Made by a program: the position numbers and the translations under genes | Part shown: positions 10,961 to 24,908 of the stretch, one piece after another | Position numbering within the stretch: position 1 is the stretch's first letter | How the letters are laid out: each line of letters starts with the position of its first letter | Origin: Mobula hypostoma | Taxonomy: Eukaryota | Assembly: GCF_963921235.1 (NCBI RefSeq) | Contig: NC_086109.1 | Span: 36,148,001 to 36,212,000 of the forward strand | Length of the DNA stretch: 64,000 bases | Reading direction: 5' to 3' | The notes under the pieces: generated by a model | The model's input: only the letters and a program-made list of their open reading frames with translations | The model's database searches: none | Told to the model about the DNA's origin: nothing

Positions 10961-13900
10961 TCCTGCATTAATCTGACCTTCAACATGTCCACATTGTGCT
11001 GAATGGCAAATGCAGACGCAGAAAGCTGGGGATTGACAATATGACCACTTAGTCTAATTCAGTGCAGGCAGCAAGACAATCTTTCCTTAATAATCAAAAT
11101 AATTGTTGACTGAGAAAGTTTTAATTGTGCTGTTTATTGGACCCCTCAGCAATGTAATAGACAATCTGCCTCCCTAATCCTCCACCAGTGAGATACATTA
11201 TAAGATTGTAACCCTGGTAAATTGAATAGAGATATCCAACTTGGCAGTAGGTAGAATAATGGTAAGTCCTTTTGCTCTATATATTTTGTATTATCGTTTA
11301 ATTATTTCATAATTTTTTATTGTGCTTTGAATAATTTTATAATCGTATATATATGTATTAGTTTTATTTAAGTACTATTGATGCCCATTGTGATTTTTAC
11401 AGTTGTCTTTATATATCAAAGGCATTTAATAACTGATTACAAAAAAAGCATCCATCTTTATCAGTGACATCCTAGCCTTGTCTCTTTTGAAGCACTGTGA
11501 AGCCCTGTCAATGAATTCTGCAGAAGTAGATCAGCAAAACATCAGCTGAGGCCCACTTGCCACTGAATCCTTATCACATTTTCCTGGCCACCTTCTCGGT
11601 ACTGAAGGTCAGCTCAACCAACCTTCCATGCCCATTCTCAGTAAATGCAGGTGTGAGGGGATGTGATGGATATTCACAGTCCAGGGACTGGGGGCCTTTC
11701 TTTTTTGCCAAGCTCAGCTTTCTAACATAGCAGCCGACTCTTGTGGAGAGCGAAAAGTCGTTTTTGAGTAAGTCAAATTTCCGACCAATCTTCTTCATTC
11801 AGCTTCTTGCCCTAAGCAGGAGTTAGTTTTCAGTTTGTAATGCAAATGGCAAGCTAATGATCAATGTGAAGTTTAAAGGCCGTAATATAAGACAATGGGG
11901 TTATGTTAATTGACCTGTTTCAAACTGGACTATGCTGGTTGTTATCTAGGAAGCTTTCAGACCAGATGGATACTATCACTTAACAATATCACTATCAATA
12001 GCTGAACACTTATGGTTGGTAGGTTTGTGTGCTCAGAGAGTCAGTTTCATAGCATTAATTGTGGGTATCTGGGAACTCTGTTTCCAGAAGCTTTTAGACC
12101 ATTTGTGTAAAATGATATCTGGAAAAATATCACATGCCTGTGAAGTCACCCAGGTGGCAGAAAAAACAGCTTAAATTTAAGAGAGCAATCAGGCTTTTTA
12201 AGAATGGTTAAGGAACATCAAGAAGTATTATAGAAAGACAGGCGACTAGAACCTATTCCTTTGTCTTCGATTTCTACAACAAAATATTTGTTCACCTGCA
12301 ACCCATTGGTATGATTTTTTTAGCTTATAGGAATTTTATCTGCCTTACGGAAAACCTTTGTGTTTCAGATCTGAATTGGAATGCCAGTGGCAAGCCTGAG
12401 TTGAAGGTTGAATGCAACACAGTATCAGTTCTAAGCAGATATTTTTGTGTTTTTCTTTTCATTCTGAATGCTTTTTATGGAATAAAAATGTCATAAGAAA
12501 GTCTGAAACCCAACACTAAATTCCTTAAATGTGTTGTGCTTTCTATAATGAATTCTGGAAAGGAATCAACTTAAATTCTGGTCTAGCTTTATCATGTTAA
12601 AATTTACTGTATGTTGCACCTTTTGCTGCAGTAATAATGAGTGGATTTAAAGTTTGCCTTGTATGAAATACTATATGGTAAGTTGTTACCCTAAAGCCAT
12701 TAATGTTTTCTTTTAGATTGTCAGCAGTTGTCATGTAAATATTCATTAAAAGCAAGGGGAGAGAACTGTTATATAAGTTTCAATTCCATTATTTATGAGT
12801 TCAAGAGCCTCTCCAGAAAATTGATAGAAAATTTGTAGATTGGCAATCAATTGTAATTGTGCTATCACTGTGTGTTGTGCTGCTGTTAGTGCCGTCCTTT
12901 GAAAGAGGCATTACAGTTAGGCCTGGGTGTTTCCTTGGCTATGAATTCAAAATGCTGAAGGGAAAAGATGTACTGTATCTATTTTTCTATCCTTCTCTTT
13001 TTTAACTGGTGTTCCCTTTATTTCTTTTTTTTCTCCCTTTATATTCAACCACTCTCTGTGAGAGCAAGTTGTACATCTCCACCACATCTTTAGATAAAGA
13101 TTCTTCTCAAATTGCAACATGAATTCTTGGTTATTCTCTCAGGATGATTAATTTTGGTTTGGTCATGGCAAATGGAGACTGAATGCAATTATTCTGTGAA
13201 GAACTGATTAAAATCATCCTTCTTCAGGGATTCCCACAATCACAGAAGTAAGTCTTTAGCCAATTTGATTCACAACATTTTGAGGTCAGGAAACAGGTAA
13301 TAGCATTATTCCTGATATTATCGCATGTAAAGTGATAGAAGGCATTTGCTCTGTGTCCCCAGCTGTTCCAGAATAGCTGTAACAGTGGCATCTATCCATC
13401 AGTGTGGAAAATATCCTAGGTATGCACTATCCACATGTTCATGCTGCCTTTCCGTTGGCTCCGGTTGCTTCAGATCACTGAACCATGAAACGCAAGGCAG
13501 ACATTTGCTTGGGGTGTACTTTGTGTAATGGGATTAGTCTAGATGAGCACATCATATTTTAAAAAAAAGCACTTTTGCATTTTCTACAAAGATAATAGTT
13601 CTCATGTGCCCCTCACAATAGCAATGCTCAGCAGCTGTGGTAGAACTGTGAACAGCTAAAAGAAGCCAGGAGAATAGATATATTCATCCTTGTCACTGAG
13701 AAGTCATCCTTGAGGGAAGATTGGCCTCAAAACATGCCAGGTGAATTTACTTTCCTCAACAATGAAGGCTTAATAAACACATTCTGAACATGCGTCACTG
13801 ACCATCAAGAAAATACTTTGATGGTCTGGAAGCAGTTGCACATTAAGAACATTTAACTTGCTTCTTTGGGGGAAAAAAGTTACTAAGTGGAGTCCATATG

Positions 13901-15589
13901 GCCATGTGAACATAGTTGAGAGCTAACTGCTAGGAAAAAGTCAAACACACTAAGTTGATCATTACATGCAAACGTCTACCCAGTTTTCCCATGGATGCTA
14001 TGTTATCCAGAAGTTCAATTTTATGCATGATTGTACATTAATGGGAACAAACTCATCCGATTTGTATTTGGTTTTCCACTTCCAGTAGCTGTTTTTTCCA
14101 ATTCGAATTGATGTCTTGCCTGTGAAATGTTCCCTGAGCCAAATACAGAATTTCTTAAAAATACCTAAACAAACCTTTCTGAGCATTATCAACAACAATA
14201 GTTTATGACCCCTTGATCCTTGTGATTCTCTTTTCCCTCTTCTCATTAGTCATTTCTCTTGGGGAAGAAACTTGTACCTCTTTGTTCTTCCTGACAATTC
14301 TAAACAACCAAACTCACTTTTTCCAAAGCTGAGCTATTATGCAAAGATGCCTTATCTTGACAATACCTTCAATTGTCTCATTAAATGAGAATATCATCAG
14401 CTAAATCTAGAGAAAGGACATCCCTGTTAATGTCAGTAAACTGTAAAAATCGGGAGAGATTTCAGCAAGCTGCATATTTTGAGTTTTACACATCTCTCTC
14501 GGTCAATCTATTGTCATCATTTTCTGACACTGCTGTTGTGGCCTAGGTTCATATGATTTCAATAATTGCAGCAGAATTTATGCTCTATTACACTCATTCC
14601 CAGACAGAGCATTAGTGACTTCACTCAATGCATCATGCTACTGTAACATTGTCATACACATTCATCATATTATGTCCTGGATGCATCATACCATTCAAAC
14701 GTCTAAGTTCTAACACTCTCACATAAGAAACAGAAGGAATGTTCATCAGTAATTGAATCAGTTCTGCACCAATCATAGCACATCAGGTAATGAAGAGACC
14801 AGAACCTCAATCAGGCTTGAGCAGATGAGATGTCAATAACACACACATTATGAAGTTGTCATGCAATGATTACCTGCAGCCAGAGCAAACCCAACTCTCT
14901 CTCTTGATATTTAGCAACATTACCATTACTATATCATTCGCCATCAAAATCTCATCATCATTCCCACTTCAAGTCTATTCATCCTTTCTTAATATTACCT
15001 TCCATGGTATTATTTAATATTTCATTTCTGGTATCATCGTTGTGAAATGATTTTTATTGTTCCACTTCTATGTAAGTTTTGAAAAATACAGATCAGACCT
15101 GTAGGTAATTTACAATTACATTCTAACCAATCTTTCATTCCAGGTTTAGTACAAACTCCTACTATTTGAAACAATCATTTGGGAACAAACCCTATAGATT
15201 AGCTTGCTGTTATAATGGCCATAATGTTTTGTGCAGTTTTGCTGCTAGTCCCACTTCTATTCCCACTAGATTCTTCATTTCTAAGTGATTACCACAATCT
15301 TATACCATACATTTATATCTGTTGAAATATATTAGACAAATTCTTCATTATAGTACTGAAGAAATATTGTAATCTGCTGTAAAATAATATTTTAAGTGTG
15401 GAGTCTTCTCTACTGGCTACAATATAAATTGCTTCTGGATTTTATAATTAACTATGTTATTATTCTTTTCTCAAAAAAGTAGCCCTTAAAGGATTATAGT
15501 CCAATAAAGCAATAACTCGGCTACTGGAAAGTTGGGAAGGAATGAATTCATGGTTCATTGATGGGAGGTAAATAGTAGTCTCTTTCACA

Positions 15590-15955
15590 TGTTCAACAAG
15601 TATGTTGTCGCCAGTGCAATCTTCTATGCGGTGGTGTACTGAGGCAATGGCGTCGACCCGTGTGATGCCAACAGGCTGAGTAAGCTGATTAGAGAGGCTG
15701 GCTCTCTTACAGGAGGCAAGCTGGAAACAATGGAGGCTGTGGCAGAACAAAGGACCCTATGGAAAATCCTGGCAATTCTGCACAATGTTTCTCACCCTCT
15801 GCATGCCACCTTGGCTGAACAGAGGAACACTTTTAGCAATAGACTAAGACAACTGCACTGCTCCAGAGAGTGCTACATGAGGTCATTCTTACCCTCGACA
15901 CTTGTAATGCTCCTGTGACACTGTGATTTCTTTGGGATCAATAAAGTGTCTGTCT
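15590..15955 (+). mobile_element. Rex1/Babar-type LINE 3' fragment
   Basis: It encodes LHNVSHPLH...FSNRLRQ...RSFLP (DUF1891-like C-terminus) and ends gggatcaataaagt. Confidence 0.8.
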
Positions 15956-16782
15956 ATCTATGCCATGGACTCCCACCATTAACCGAGGGGTCCGTGGACC
16001 TCAGATTGGGAATGCCTGATTTAGAAGTACTCCCTTGGTGATTTAACAGGTTCAAGAGGTCCTTGAGCAGGGCCTGGGAAAGGGTTGAATACCAACCAGT
16101 TTGCTGAAGAATTCTGCTGGCTATGACTCAGATTGGGGCCAGTAACAGAACAAGACTGGTAAATAGGCAAATAGATATGGCCATGTGAGACTGCTCCTGA
16201 AAATTATCTATAGGTCCCATATACCTACCAAACAAATAAATACTGAAAACAGAGATGGTGTAACATAGAACATTGAACAGTACAGCAGAGTACAGGACCT
16301 TTCTCCAATTTCAGCCCATGTGGTGCAGACTTTCAAACTATTCCAAGATCACGCTATCCCTTCCCTGCCCTCCAAAAAATTAAATCTTTGCTAACAAAGA
16401 TACAGCAGAGTGATTCCTACAATAAGGGGACTATTCTCTGAGGAGGTATTGAGCAGAATGAATCACTACTCACTAGAGTTTAGATGAGTGACAAATAGTT
16501 TTAATGAATCTTTTTTAATTGAGACTGACAAGACAGATTCTGGCAATGATGTTCTTAAATAGAAGACCATAACAATGACAAAAATTATGTATGTTATATA
16601 TTCAATGCCCACATATGTCTGGACTGCATGTGTAATAGTCACGAGTCTTATTGCCTGGATGACTGAACCTACAGAACTAGACTGAAAGCAAGACAAGGTC
16701 TTAGTATCTTCCCCCAGGCTGTGAGACAACTGAACTCACTCACATCACCCAGATCTCAAGTATGAAGCACCAGTAATCTTAC

Positions 16783-18210
16783 ATTTGTGTTGCTGTGGCT
16801 GTCCATCATGTTCAATGACGGCAGGAGGAATGTGTGGGAGAGTTTATAAAGTGGAAAAGTTGTTATACTGGGACTTTCCCACACTCTCGACCTCAGAATT
16901 CTGGTTCCAGTGGTATGAACAAGCGTCTCAATCTGGGTTATTTCTTGTTTGCAGTGGATGACTATGATGTCTTCTGAGGCCTGTCGTGCCCTTTGCTCTC
17001 CAGGCGACGTTGCAGTATCATCTTCCTGGCCACGGTATCTCGCTGTAGTCAGAGCTGACTTCTCATGCTAGAGCAGGCATGATCTTAACTCACTGGGAAA
17101 TGAGACCGCCAACTATCCTCACCTGGTTTAAGCTACCAGTTGAAGCGGGGTACCAGGGTGTGGCCGCTGTCACATGCAAACAGCCACTTGTCTCCTTTTC
17201 TCTTCACCATTTACACGTCGGACTTCAACTACTGCACAGAGTCTTGTCATCTTCAGAAGTTTTCGGATGACTCTGCCATAGTTGGATGCATCAGCAAGGA
17301 AGATGAGGCTGAGTACAGGGCTACGGTAGGAAACTTTGTCACATGGTGTGAGCAGAATTATCTGCAGCTTAATGTGAAAAAGACTAAGGAGCTGGTGGTA
17401 GACCTGAGGAGAGCTAAGGTACCGGTGACCCCTGTTTCCATCCAGGGGGTCAGTGTGGACATGGTGGAGGATTACAAATACATGGGGATACAAATTGACA
17501 ATAAACTAGACTGGTCAAAGAACACTGAGGCTGTCTACAAGAAGGGTCAGAGCAGTCTCCATTTCCTGAGGAGACTGAGGTCCTTTAACATCTGCCGGAC
17601 GATGCTGACGATGTTCTACGAGTCTGTGGTGGCCAGTGCTATCATGTTTGCTGTTGTGTGCTGGGGCAGCAGGCTGACGGTAGGAGACACCAACAGAATC
17701 AACAAACTCAACAAGGCCAGTGATGTTGTGGGGATGGAACTGGACTCTCTCACGGTGGTGTCTGAAAAGAGGATGCTGTCTAAGTTGCATGCCATCTTGG
17801 TCAATGTCTCCCATCCACTACATAATTTACTGGGTGGGCACAGGAGTACATTCAGCCAGAGACTCATTCCACCGAGATGCAACACAGAGCGTCATAGGAA
17901 GTCATTCCTGCCTGTGGCCATCAAACTTTACAACTCCTGTCTTGGAGGCTCAGACACCCTGAGCCAATAGGCTGGTCCTGGACTTATTTCATAATTTACA
18001 TATTACTATTTAACTATTTATTATTTATGGTGCAACAGTAACGAAAACCAATTTCCCCCGGGATCAATAAAGTATGACTATGACAATGATTAAGAGTGAC
18101 AAGTGAGAGCTGAGTGTCTGGTGCGAAGCAGAGGTGAGTGAGCTGCCTTGGAACAGACATGATAAACCCCTTCACCAGAGATGCAATCCATCCTTGGACA
18201 CCACATACAT
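16783..18210 (-). mobile_element. Second, older copy of the SINE-like element at 1481-2042, split by a Rex1 insertion
   Basis: The reverse complement gives gtggctgtttgcatgtgacagcggccacaccctgg...aaaccaggtgagg, matching 1607-1676. The 5' part at 18095-18210 (cactcagctctcac) matches 1487-1595. Confidence 0.75.
17191..18090 (+). mobile_element. Rex1/Babar-type LINE, 5'-truncated
   Basis: ORF 17140..17970 has LQKFSDDSAIVG, WCEQNYLQLNVKKTKELVVDLRR and FLRRLRSF. It ends in aataaa plus a (tatgac)n tail and closely matches 30997-31883. Confidence 0.92.
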
Positions 18211-20419
18211 CCCAAACTTGTGTTATATATGCACCTTATAAAGCAGCAGACATCTTGTTAGTATTTGGAAATCTAAATTGAGAGAGTCAAAAACTCAGAG
18301 ACTTCAGTAAATATCCTGGGACAAAAGCATTAGAGATAGAAGCAGGAGCAGGTTATTTGATTCTCAGTTATACATTACATTTACCTTTGTGCCATTTTCT
18401 CCCACAAAGCCCATATTTTTTGATTCTTTTTTGAAGGGAAGAGGAAGCAATTGTAAAGAAAATATTGCCAAGTGCCGCAGAAGAGCACCTATCCAGGATT
18501 CTGGATTTTTTTTTCGAGTCATGAGTTTCTGATCAGGCTATTTCCAGTAAGATGGCAACACACCAGGCCACAACAGCCTCTGCAGGTCAAATAAATGATG
18601 AAAGTATGTGTTTTAAACATTTTTTTTGTGGTTGCAAGACCCTGTTGGACTTCGGTAAGTATGGTTCATTAATTCATTAGTGAGACTGATGGTGGGGGAT
18701 CTTGAACTTGAACTAGTCAGAGCCAGATAAAATACTGCATGATTTTGTCATCTAGCAGTTACAAATAACCCATGCAAGATCTAGTCTCCATGTTTTCAAA
18801 GATTCCTTGGTCTTCCATGTCAAGATTGCAAAAGAAGACAGAAAGCTGTTCATGCAAAAATAAATGCTGAGTTGGCTGAATCTAATATAGTGTTGCCTTT
18901 TTTCTCATACTGCAAGAGAGTGAAAATAATAGTCCAGCTGCCTGTGGTAACTGTTGATGTTTGCTCAGAATTTTTATTAATATTTGAAAACTGTCTCTGA
19001 CTCTATTTAATCATAGTTGAATAGATTACACAAATTAAATAAACCTGTATTTGAAGCTAAATAATCTTTCTAAGATATAAAAAAAATTATCATGAATCAT
19101 GCTGGAATTTTATATACTAAAGCATGTGGAAGTAGTTTATTTATCAAACTGGGTAGCTGCACTTTCATTCCAAATTTACCTACAGAGTAATTGTGAGATA
19201 TAACTTACCACCATCGGTATTGCTATCATTAACATTAACAAACTATGGTTTTCATTTTCAGATCTTATTTACTATTAATAAAGAATATTTTCCTCTACAA
19301 AATTACTTCATGGTTACAAAAGGCCATGTGTAAGAATGGTAACGAAATGGCTGATCATTATGCATGGCATTAGTTGAAAAGAAAACCTAAAGAGGGCTTA
19401 TGAAATGGTTAAGCAAAGAGAAGCTGAAAATAGCAAATCAAACACATCTCTGGAAGAACAATGTCATTAATCATTCAGGCTTTAACCCATTCTCAGCATC
19501 GCAATGAGACAAAGATGGCAAAATTAAAAGTGCTCTGATCTCTTGCTCAAGGCCCAGCTGCTGAAATATTCACATCATCCCCAGAGTTGCTGATGAATGC
19601 TTCAGTCAGATACAGACAGAAATGCTATGTCAGCATTGCTCAATGTTCTTGATACAAGTCCAAAGCTGTCCTGATCATTGTTACTGTATTGACTGTTTGG
19701 TGTAAAACCAATTCACCATACATAAGAAAATTTTCATGAGCAGCACCGGATAAAGAGCCTATTAGAAGTGAGACTGGCAATTCTATTAATTTATGTATTT
19801 AAAGTTTCTAAACACTTAAGATAAATTTATTTTTTCTTTCTCATTACCTCTTTTAAAGTGAACTACTTTATTATTACACCTGATCAATCCGTCCATCTTC
19901 TTTAATGTATCCCTAAGGTTCTCGGAACCCAACTGAATTTAGGCTATTTCCTGAAACACAAATACAGCTATGGTTTTATGCATAGATCAGCAAGATTGGA
20001 AATTCAATGGTGGCTCAAACATTAATACTATGTGGTATTATTATGATATTAGCTGATCGTTAAAACTGATTTTTCTTGATGCAGTCTAAGACCAAATTAA
20101 TGCAAAATATCATTGACTTGTATTAATTAAAAGTACCAACAATTTCTGGAAACAATTCAACATGTGAAGATTTTCAATACATTGTGATACATCATGAAGA
20201 TTATCAACAAAATTGGAGGAAAATGGACAGTTGATATTTTGGGTTGAGACCCCTTATCTTGACTGTGCATTTCCCTTCGCAGAAGCTGCTTGGCCTGCTG
20301 AACTTCTCCAGCATTTTGTTACTTCAGTTTTTCCTCCTTTATGTTAAAGCTCTTTGAACAATCATTTATCATTGACTGGATAGATGTCCAAAATGTAGTT
20401 TCCATAATGATTAATTCTC

Positions 20420-21425
20420 AGAATTCGTAATAATGGTGCCCCACAAGGCTGTGTACTCAGCCCCCTGCCGTACTCACGGTACACCCATGATTCTGTAGCC
20501 AAGTTTCCATCGAACTCAATATATAAGTTTGCTGATGACACAACAATTGTAGGCCGTATCTCGGGTAATGATGAGTTTGAGTACAGAGAGGAAATTAAGA
20601 ACCTGGTGGCATGGTGCGAAGAAAATAACCTATCCCTCAACATCAGCAAGATGAAGGAATTGGTTGTTGACTTCAGAAGGAATAGCGGACCGCACGACCC
20701 CATTTACATCGGTAGTGCGCAAGTGGAACAGGTCAAAAGCTTTAAGTTCCTCGGGGTCAATATCATAAATGACCTGACTTGGTCCAACCAAGCAGAGTTC
20801 ACTGCCAAGAAGGCCCATCAGTGCCTTTACATGCTGATAAAGCAAAAGAGATTTGGCCTGTCCCCTAAAACCCTCACTAATTTTTATAGATGCCCCGTAG
20901 AAAGCATTCTTCTAGGATACATCACAACCTGGTATGGAAGTTGTCCTGTCCAAGACCAGAAGAAGCTGCAGAAGATCGTGAACATGGCGCAGCACATCAC
21001 ACAAACCAATCTTCCGTCCTTGGACTCACTTTACACTGCACGCTGTTGGAACAGTGCTGCCAGGATAATCACTCAGCCAACATACTTTTCGTCCCTCTTC
21101 CCTTCAGGAGAAGGCTCAGGAGCTTGAAGACACATATGGCCAGGTTTGGGAACAGCTTCTTTCCAACTGTGATAAGACTGCTGAATGGATCCTGACACGG
21201 ATCTGGGCCATACCCTCCAAATATCCGGACCTGCCTCTCGTTTTTTTTTGCACTAACTTACTTTCCTTTTTCTATTTTCTATTTATAACTTATAATTTAT
21301 ATTTTTAATATTTACTATTGATTTGTACTTCAGGGACCACGAAGCGCAGAATCAAATATCGCTGTGATGATTGTATGCTCTAGTATCAATTGTTTGGCAA
21401 CAATAAAGTAAAGCAAAGTAAAAGT
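20420..21425 (+). mobile_element. Rex1/Babar-type LINE, 5'-truncated
   Basis: It contains GAPQGCVLSP, KFADDTT and WCEENNLSLNISKMKELVVDFRR. The tail is aataaagtaaagcaaagtaaaag. Confidence 0.9.
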
Positions 21426-21834
21426 AATGGAGCAATATTTAAATGCTACTCTAAATGAGACGATTTCTTTAATCATTTAAGAGTTCTTGATTTGATTATT
21501 TTTGGTGCGTGTAGCCTACTTCAAAATAGGCAGCAAAGTCCCTCCAAAAATCAGATAATTTTAGTCAATTATTAATATTTATCCAACACCTCCACTGCAG
21601 TTTAGTTTTCATCTGAATTCACTCAACCTTTATTCCATTTTTATACAATGATGTATGAAATCCTTTAGCATTTTAAACATTTCACTTAGATTAACTGGTA
21701 CCCTGATCACTGATAGCTTTCAGGCTCATTGGACATAATAGATTAGTCATTGGAGTGAGCTATACAGGTACTGTGTGAGGTGCTATCTCCCAATTGGATG
21801 ACAGGAAGAAGACTGTGAAACTGGCAAACAAAAT

Positions 21835-23375
21835 TAGACCATAAGACATAGGAGCAAAATTAGGTCATTTGCTCCACCATTCAGTCATGGCTGATCCTCT
21901 TTTCCCCTTCTCAGCCCCATTTCCCGGCCTTCTTTCCATAACCTTTGATGCCCTGTCCAATCAAGAACCGATTAATCTCTGGCTTAAATTCTCCCACTGA
22001 CCTGGCCTCCACAGCTGCCTGTGGTAAAAAATTCCACATATTCACCACCCTCTGGCTAAAGAAATTTCTCCGCATCTCTGTTTTAAATGGGTGCCCCTCT
22101 ATTCTGAGGCTGTGCCCTCTTGTCCTAGACTCTCCCACCTTTGGAAACATCCTTTCCACATCTACTGTGTCTAGGCCTTTCAACATTTGAAACGTCTCAG
22201 TGAGATCCTCCCTCATTCTTCTAAATTCCAGTGGGTACAGACCCAGAGCAATCAAAAGTTCCTCGTATGTTAACACTTTCATTCCCGGAATCATTCTTGT
22301 GAACCTCCTCTGAAGCCTCTCCAATAACAGCACAACTTTTCTTAGATGAGGAGCCCAAAACTGTTCACAATACTCAAAATGAGGCCTCACTAGGACCGTA
22401 TAAAGCCTCCACATCACATCCCTGCTTTGCATGCTAGACTTCTTGAAATGAATGCTAACATTGCATTTGCCTTCGTCGTCACTGACTCTACCTGCAAGTT
22501 AACCTTTAGGGTGTTCTGTAGAAGGACTCCCAAGTCCCTTTGCATCTCAGAATTTTGGATTTTCTCCCCATTTAGAAAATAGTCTGCACATTTATATCTA
22601 CTACCAATGTGCATGACCATGCATTTTCCAACATTGCATTTCATTGGAATTGGAAATTGGATTTTGTGTTAAAAGATTATGATTTTGTTTTTGTTTTGAT
22701 GTGATGATTGATGCTAAATATATTGTTGTATAAGTAAGAGGGGTAAGTGTAATAAGCTGCAGCTTCAGCCTACATCCTTTCAGTCTGTTTTAAAGAATAT
22801 CTATGTTTTTTTTGTTGTAATTTTGTCCTATGAAATCATCGTTGAAAATAATGCTTTTTGTTATGTTTGTACTGACCAAAATAAATTTCTTTCATTCATT
22901 CATTCATTGCCCCTCTCTAGCCCATTCTCCTAATCTGTCTAAGTCCTTCTGCAGCCTACTTGTTTCCTCAATACTACCTGACCCTCCACCAATCTTCACA
23001 TCATCTGCAAACTTGGCAACAAAACCACCTATTCCATCATCCAGATCATTTACATACAGCATAAAAAAAAAGTGGTCCCAGCACCCACCCGTGTGGAACA
23101 CGATTAGTCACTGGCAGCTAAACAGAAAAGGATCCTTTTATTCCCACTCACTGCTTCCTACCAATTAGCCAATGCTCTAACCATGTTAGTAACTTTCCTG
23201 TAATACTATGGGCTCTTAACTTGGTAAACAGCCTCATGTGTAGCACCTTGTCAAGGGACCTCTGTAAGTCCAAATATGCAACATCTACTGCATCCCCTTT
23301 ATCTATCCTATGAGTGATCTCTTCAAAGAATTCCAACATGTTTGTCAGGCAAGATTTTCCCTTGAGGAAAATTGC
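21835..23375 (-). mobile_element. CR1 LINE RT and 3'UTR, interrupted at ~22645-22905
   Basis: ORFs 21911..22432, 22414..22644, 22904..23101 (KFADD) and 23148..23339 are collinear pieces of CR1 ORF2. Confidence 0.9.
22645..22905 (+). mobile_element. Short LINE 3'-end insertion with a (TTCA)n tail (L2/Crack-like, family uncertain)
   Basis: It interrupts the CR1 at catttcatt and ends aataaatttctttcattcattcattcatt. Confidence 0.55.
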
Positions 23376-23464
23376 AATTTTTTTTCACTGAATCCCAATG
23401 GCAGCTGTCCACAGAGACAGCGCCTATCACAGCATTGCCAAGTGAAGCAAGGGAAATGAGTTAG

Positions 23465-24908
23465 AACCTTAACATAGAACATTCAACATAGAATAGTACA
23501 GCACACTACAGGCCCTTTGGCCCGCAATGTTGTGCCAACCCTCAAACCCTACCTCCCATATAACCCCCCACCTTAAATTCCTCCATATACCTGTCCGGTA
23601 GTCTCTTAAACTTCACTAGTGTATCTGTCTCCACCACTGACGCAGGCAGTGCATTCCACGCACCAACCACTCGCTACGTAAAAAACTTTCCTCTAATATC
23701 CCCCTTGAACTTCCCACCCCTTATCTTAAAGCCATGTGCTCTTGTATTGAGCAGTGGCGCCCTGGGAAAGAGGCGCTGGCTACCCACTCAATCTATTCCT
23801 CTTATTATCTTGTACACCTCTATCATGTCTCCTCTCATCCTCCTTCTCTCCAAAGAGTAAAGCCCTAGCTCCCTTAATCTCTGATCATAATCCATACTTT
23901 CTAAACCAGGCAGCATCCTGGTAAATCTCCTCTGTACCCTTTCCAATGCTTCCACATCCTTCCTATGTTGAAGCTACCAGAACTGGACACAGTAATCCAA
24001 GTGTGGCCTAACCAAAGCTTTATAGAGCTGCATCATTACATCGCGACTCTTAATCTCTATCCCTCGACCTATGAAAGCTAACATCCCATAAGCTTTCTTA
24101 ACTACCTGTGATGCAACTTTCAGTGGTCTGTGGACATGTACCCCCAGATCCCTCTGCTCCTCCAAGATCCTGCCATTTACTTTGTACTCTGCCTTGGAGT
24201 TTGTCCTTCCAAAGTGTACCACCTCACACTTCTCCAGGTTGAATTCCATCTGCCACTTCTCAGCCCACTTCTGCATCCTATCAATGTCTCTCTGCAATCT
24301 TTGACAATCCTCTACACTATCTACAACACCACCAACCTTTGTGTCATCTGCAAACTTGCCAACCCACCCCTCTACCCCCACATCCAGGTCATTAATAAAA
24401 ATGACGAAGAGTAAAGGTCCCAGAAGATCCTTGTGGGACACCACTAGTCACAACCCTCCAATCTGAACATACTCCCTCCACCACGACCCTCTGCCTTCTG
24501 CAGGCAAGCTAATTTTGAATCTATCTGGCCAAACATTCCTGGATCGCATGCCTTCTGACTTTCTGAATAAACCTACATGTGGAACCTTGTCAAATGCCTT
24601 ACTAAAATCCATGTAGATCACATCCACAGCACTATCCTCATCTATATGCCTGGTCACCTCCTCAAAGAACTCTCTCAGGCTTGTTAGACATGATCTGCCC
24701 TTCACAAAGCCATGCTGACTGTCCCTGATCAGACCATGATTCTCTAAATGCCCATAGATCCTATCTCTAAGAATCTTTTCCAACAGCTTTCTCACCACAG
24801 ATGTAAGGCTCACTGGTCTATAATTACCTGAACTATCCCTACTACCTTTTTTGAACAAGGGGACAACATTCGCCTCCCTCCAATCCTCCGGTACCATTCC
24901 CATGGACA
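23465..24908 (-). mobile_element. CR1 LINE, 5'-truncated, with RT domain
   Basis: ORF 24448..24909 has PEDWREANVVPLFKKG, NYRPVSLTS, QHGF and YMDFSKAFDKVPH. ORF 23974..24444 has KFADD. An aacatag tail lies at ~23470-23495. Confidence 0.93.

Noticed and set aside
11574..11798. Basic 74-aa ORF faintly resembling ribosomal protein S6 (processed pseudogene)
   Set aside because: Only a few scattered Lys/Arg matches. There is no continuous alignment, polyA tail or TSD.
12369..12406. Small exon (tttcag|ATCTGAATTGG...GAAG|gttgaa)
   Set aside because: The donor site is weak, no peptide is recognisable, and there are no supporting neighbouring exons.
15960..16020. Complete hAT/Charlie-like MITE (a similar end lies at 57585-57615)
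   Set aside because: Only one terminus is visible in each case, with no partner TIR or 8-bp TSD, so it was not annotated as an element.
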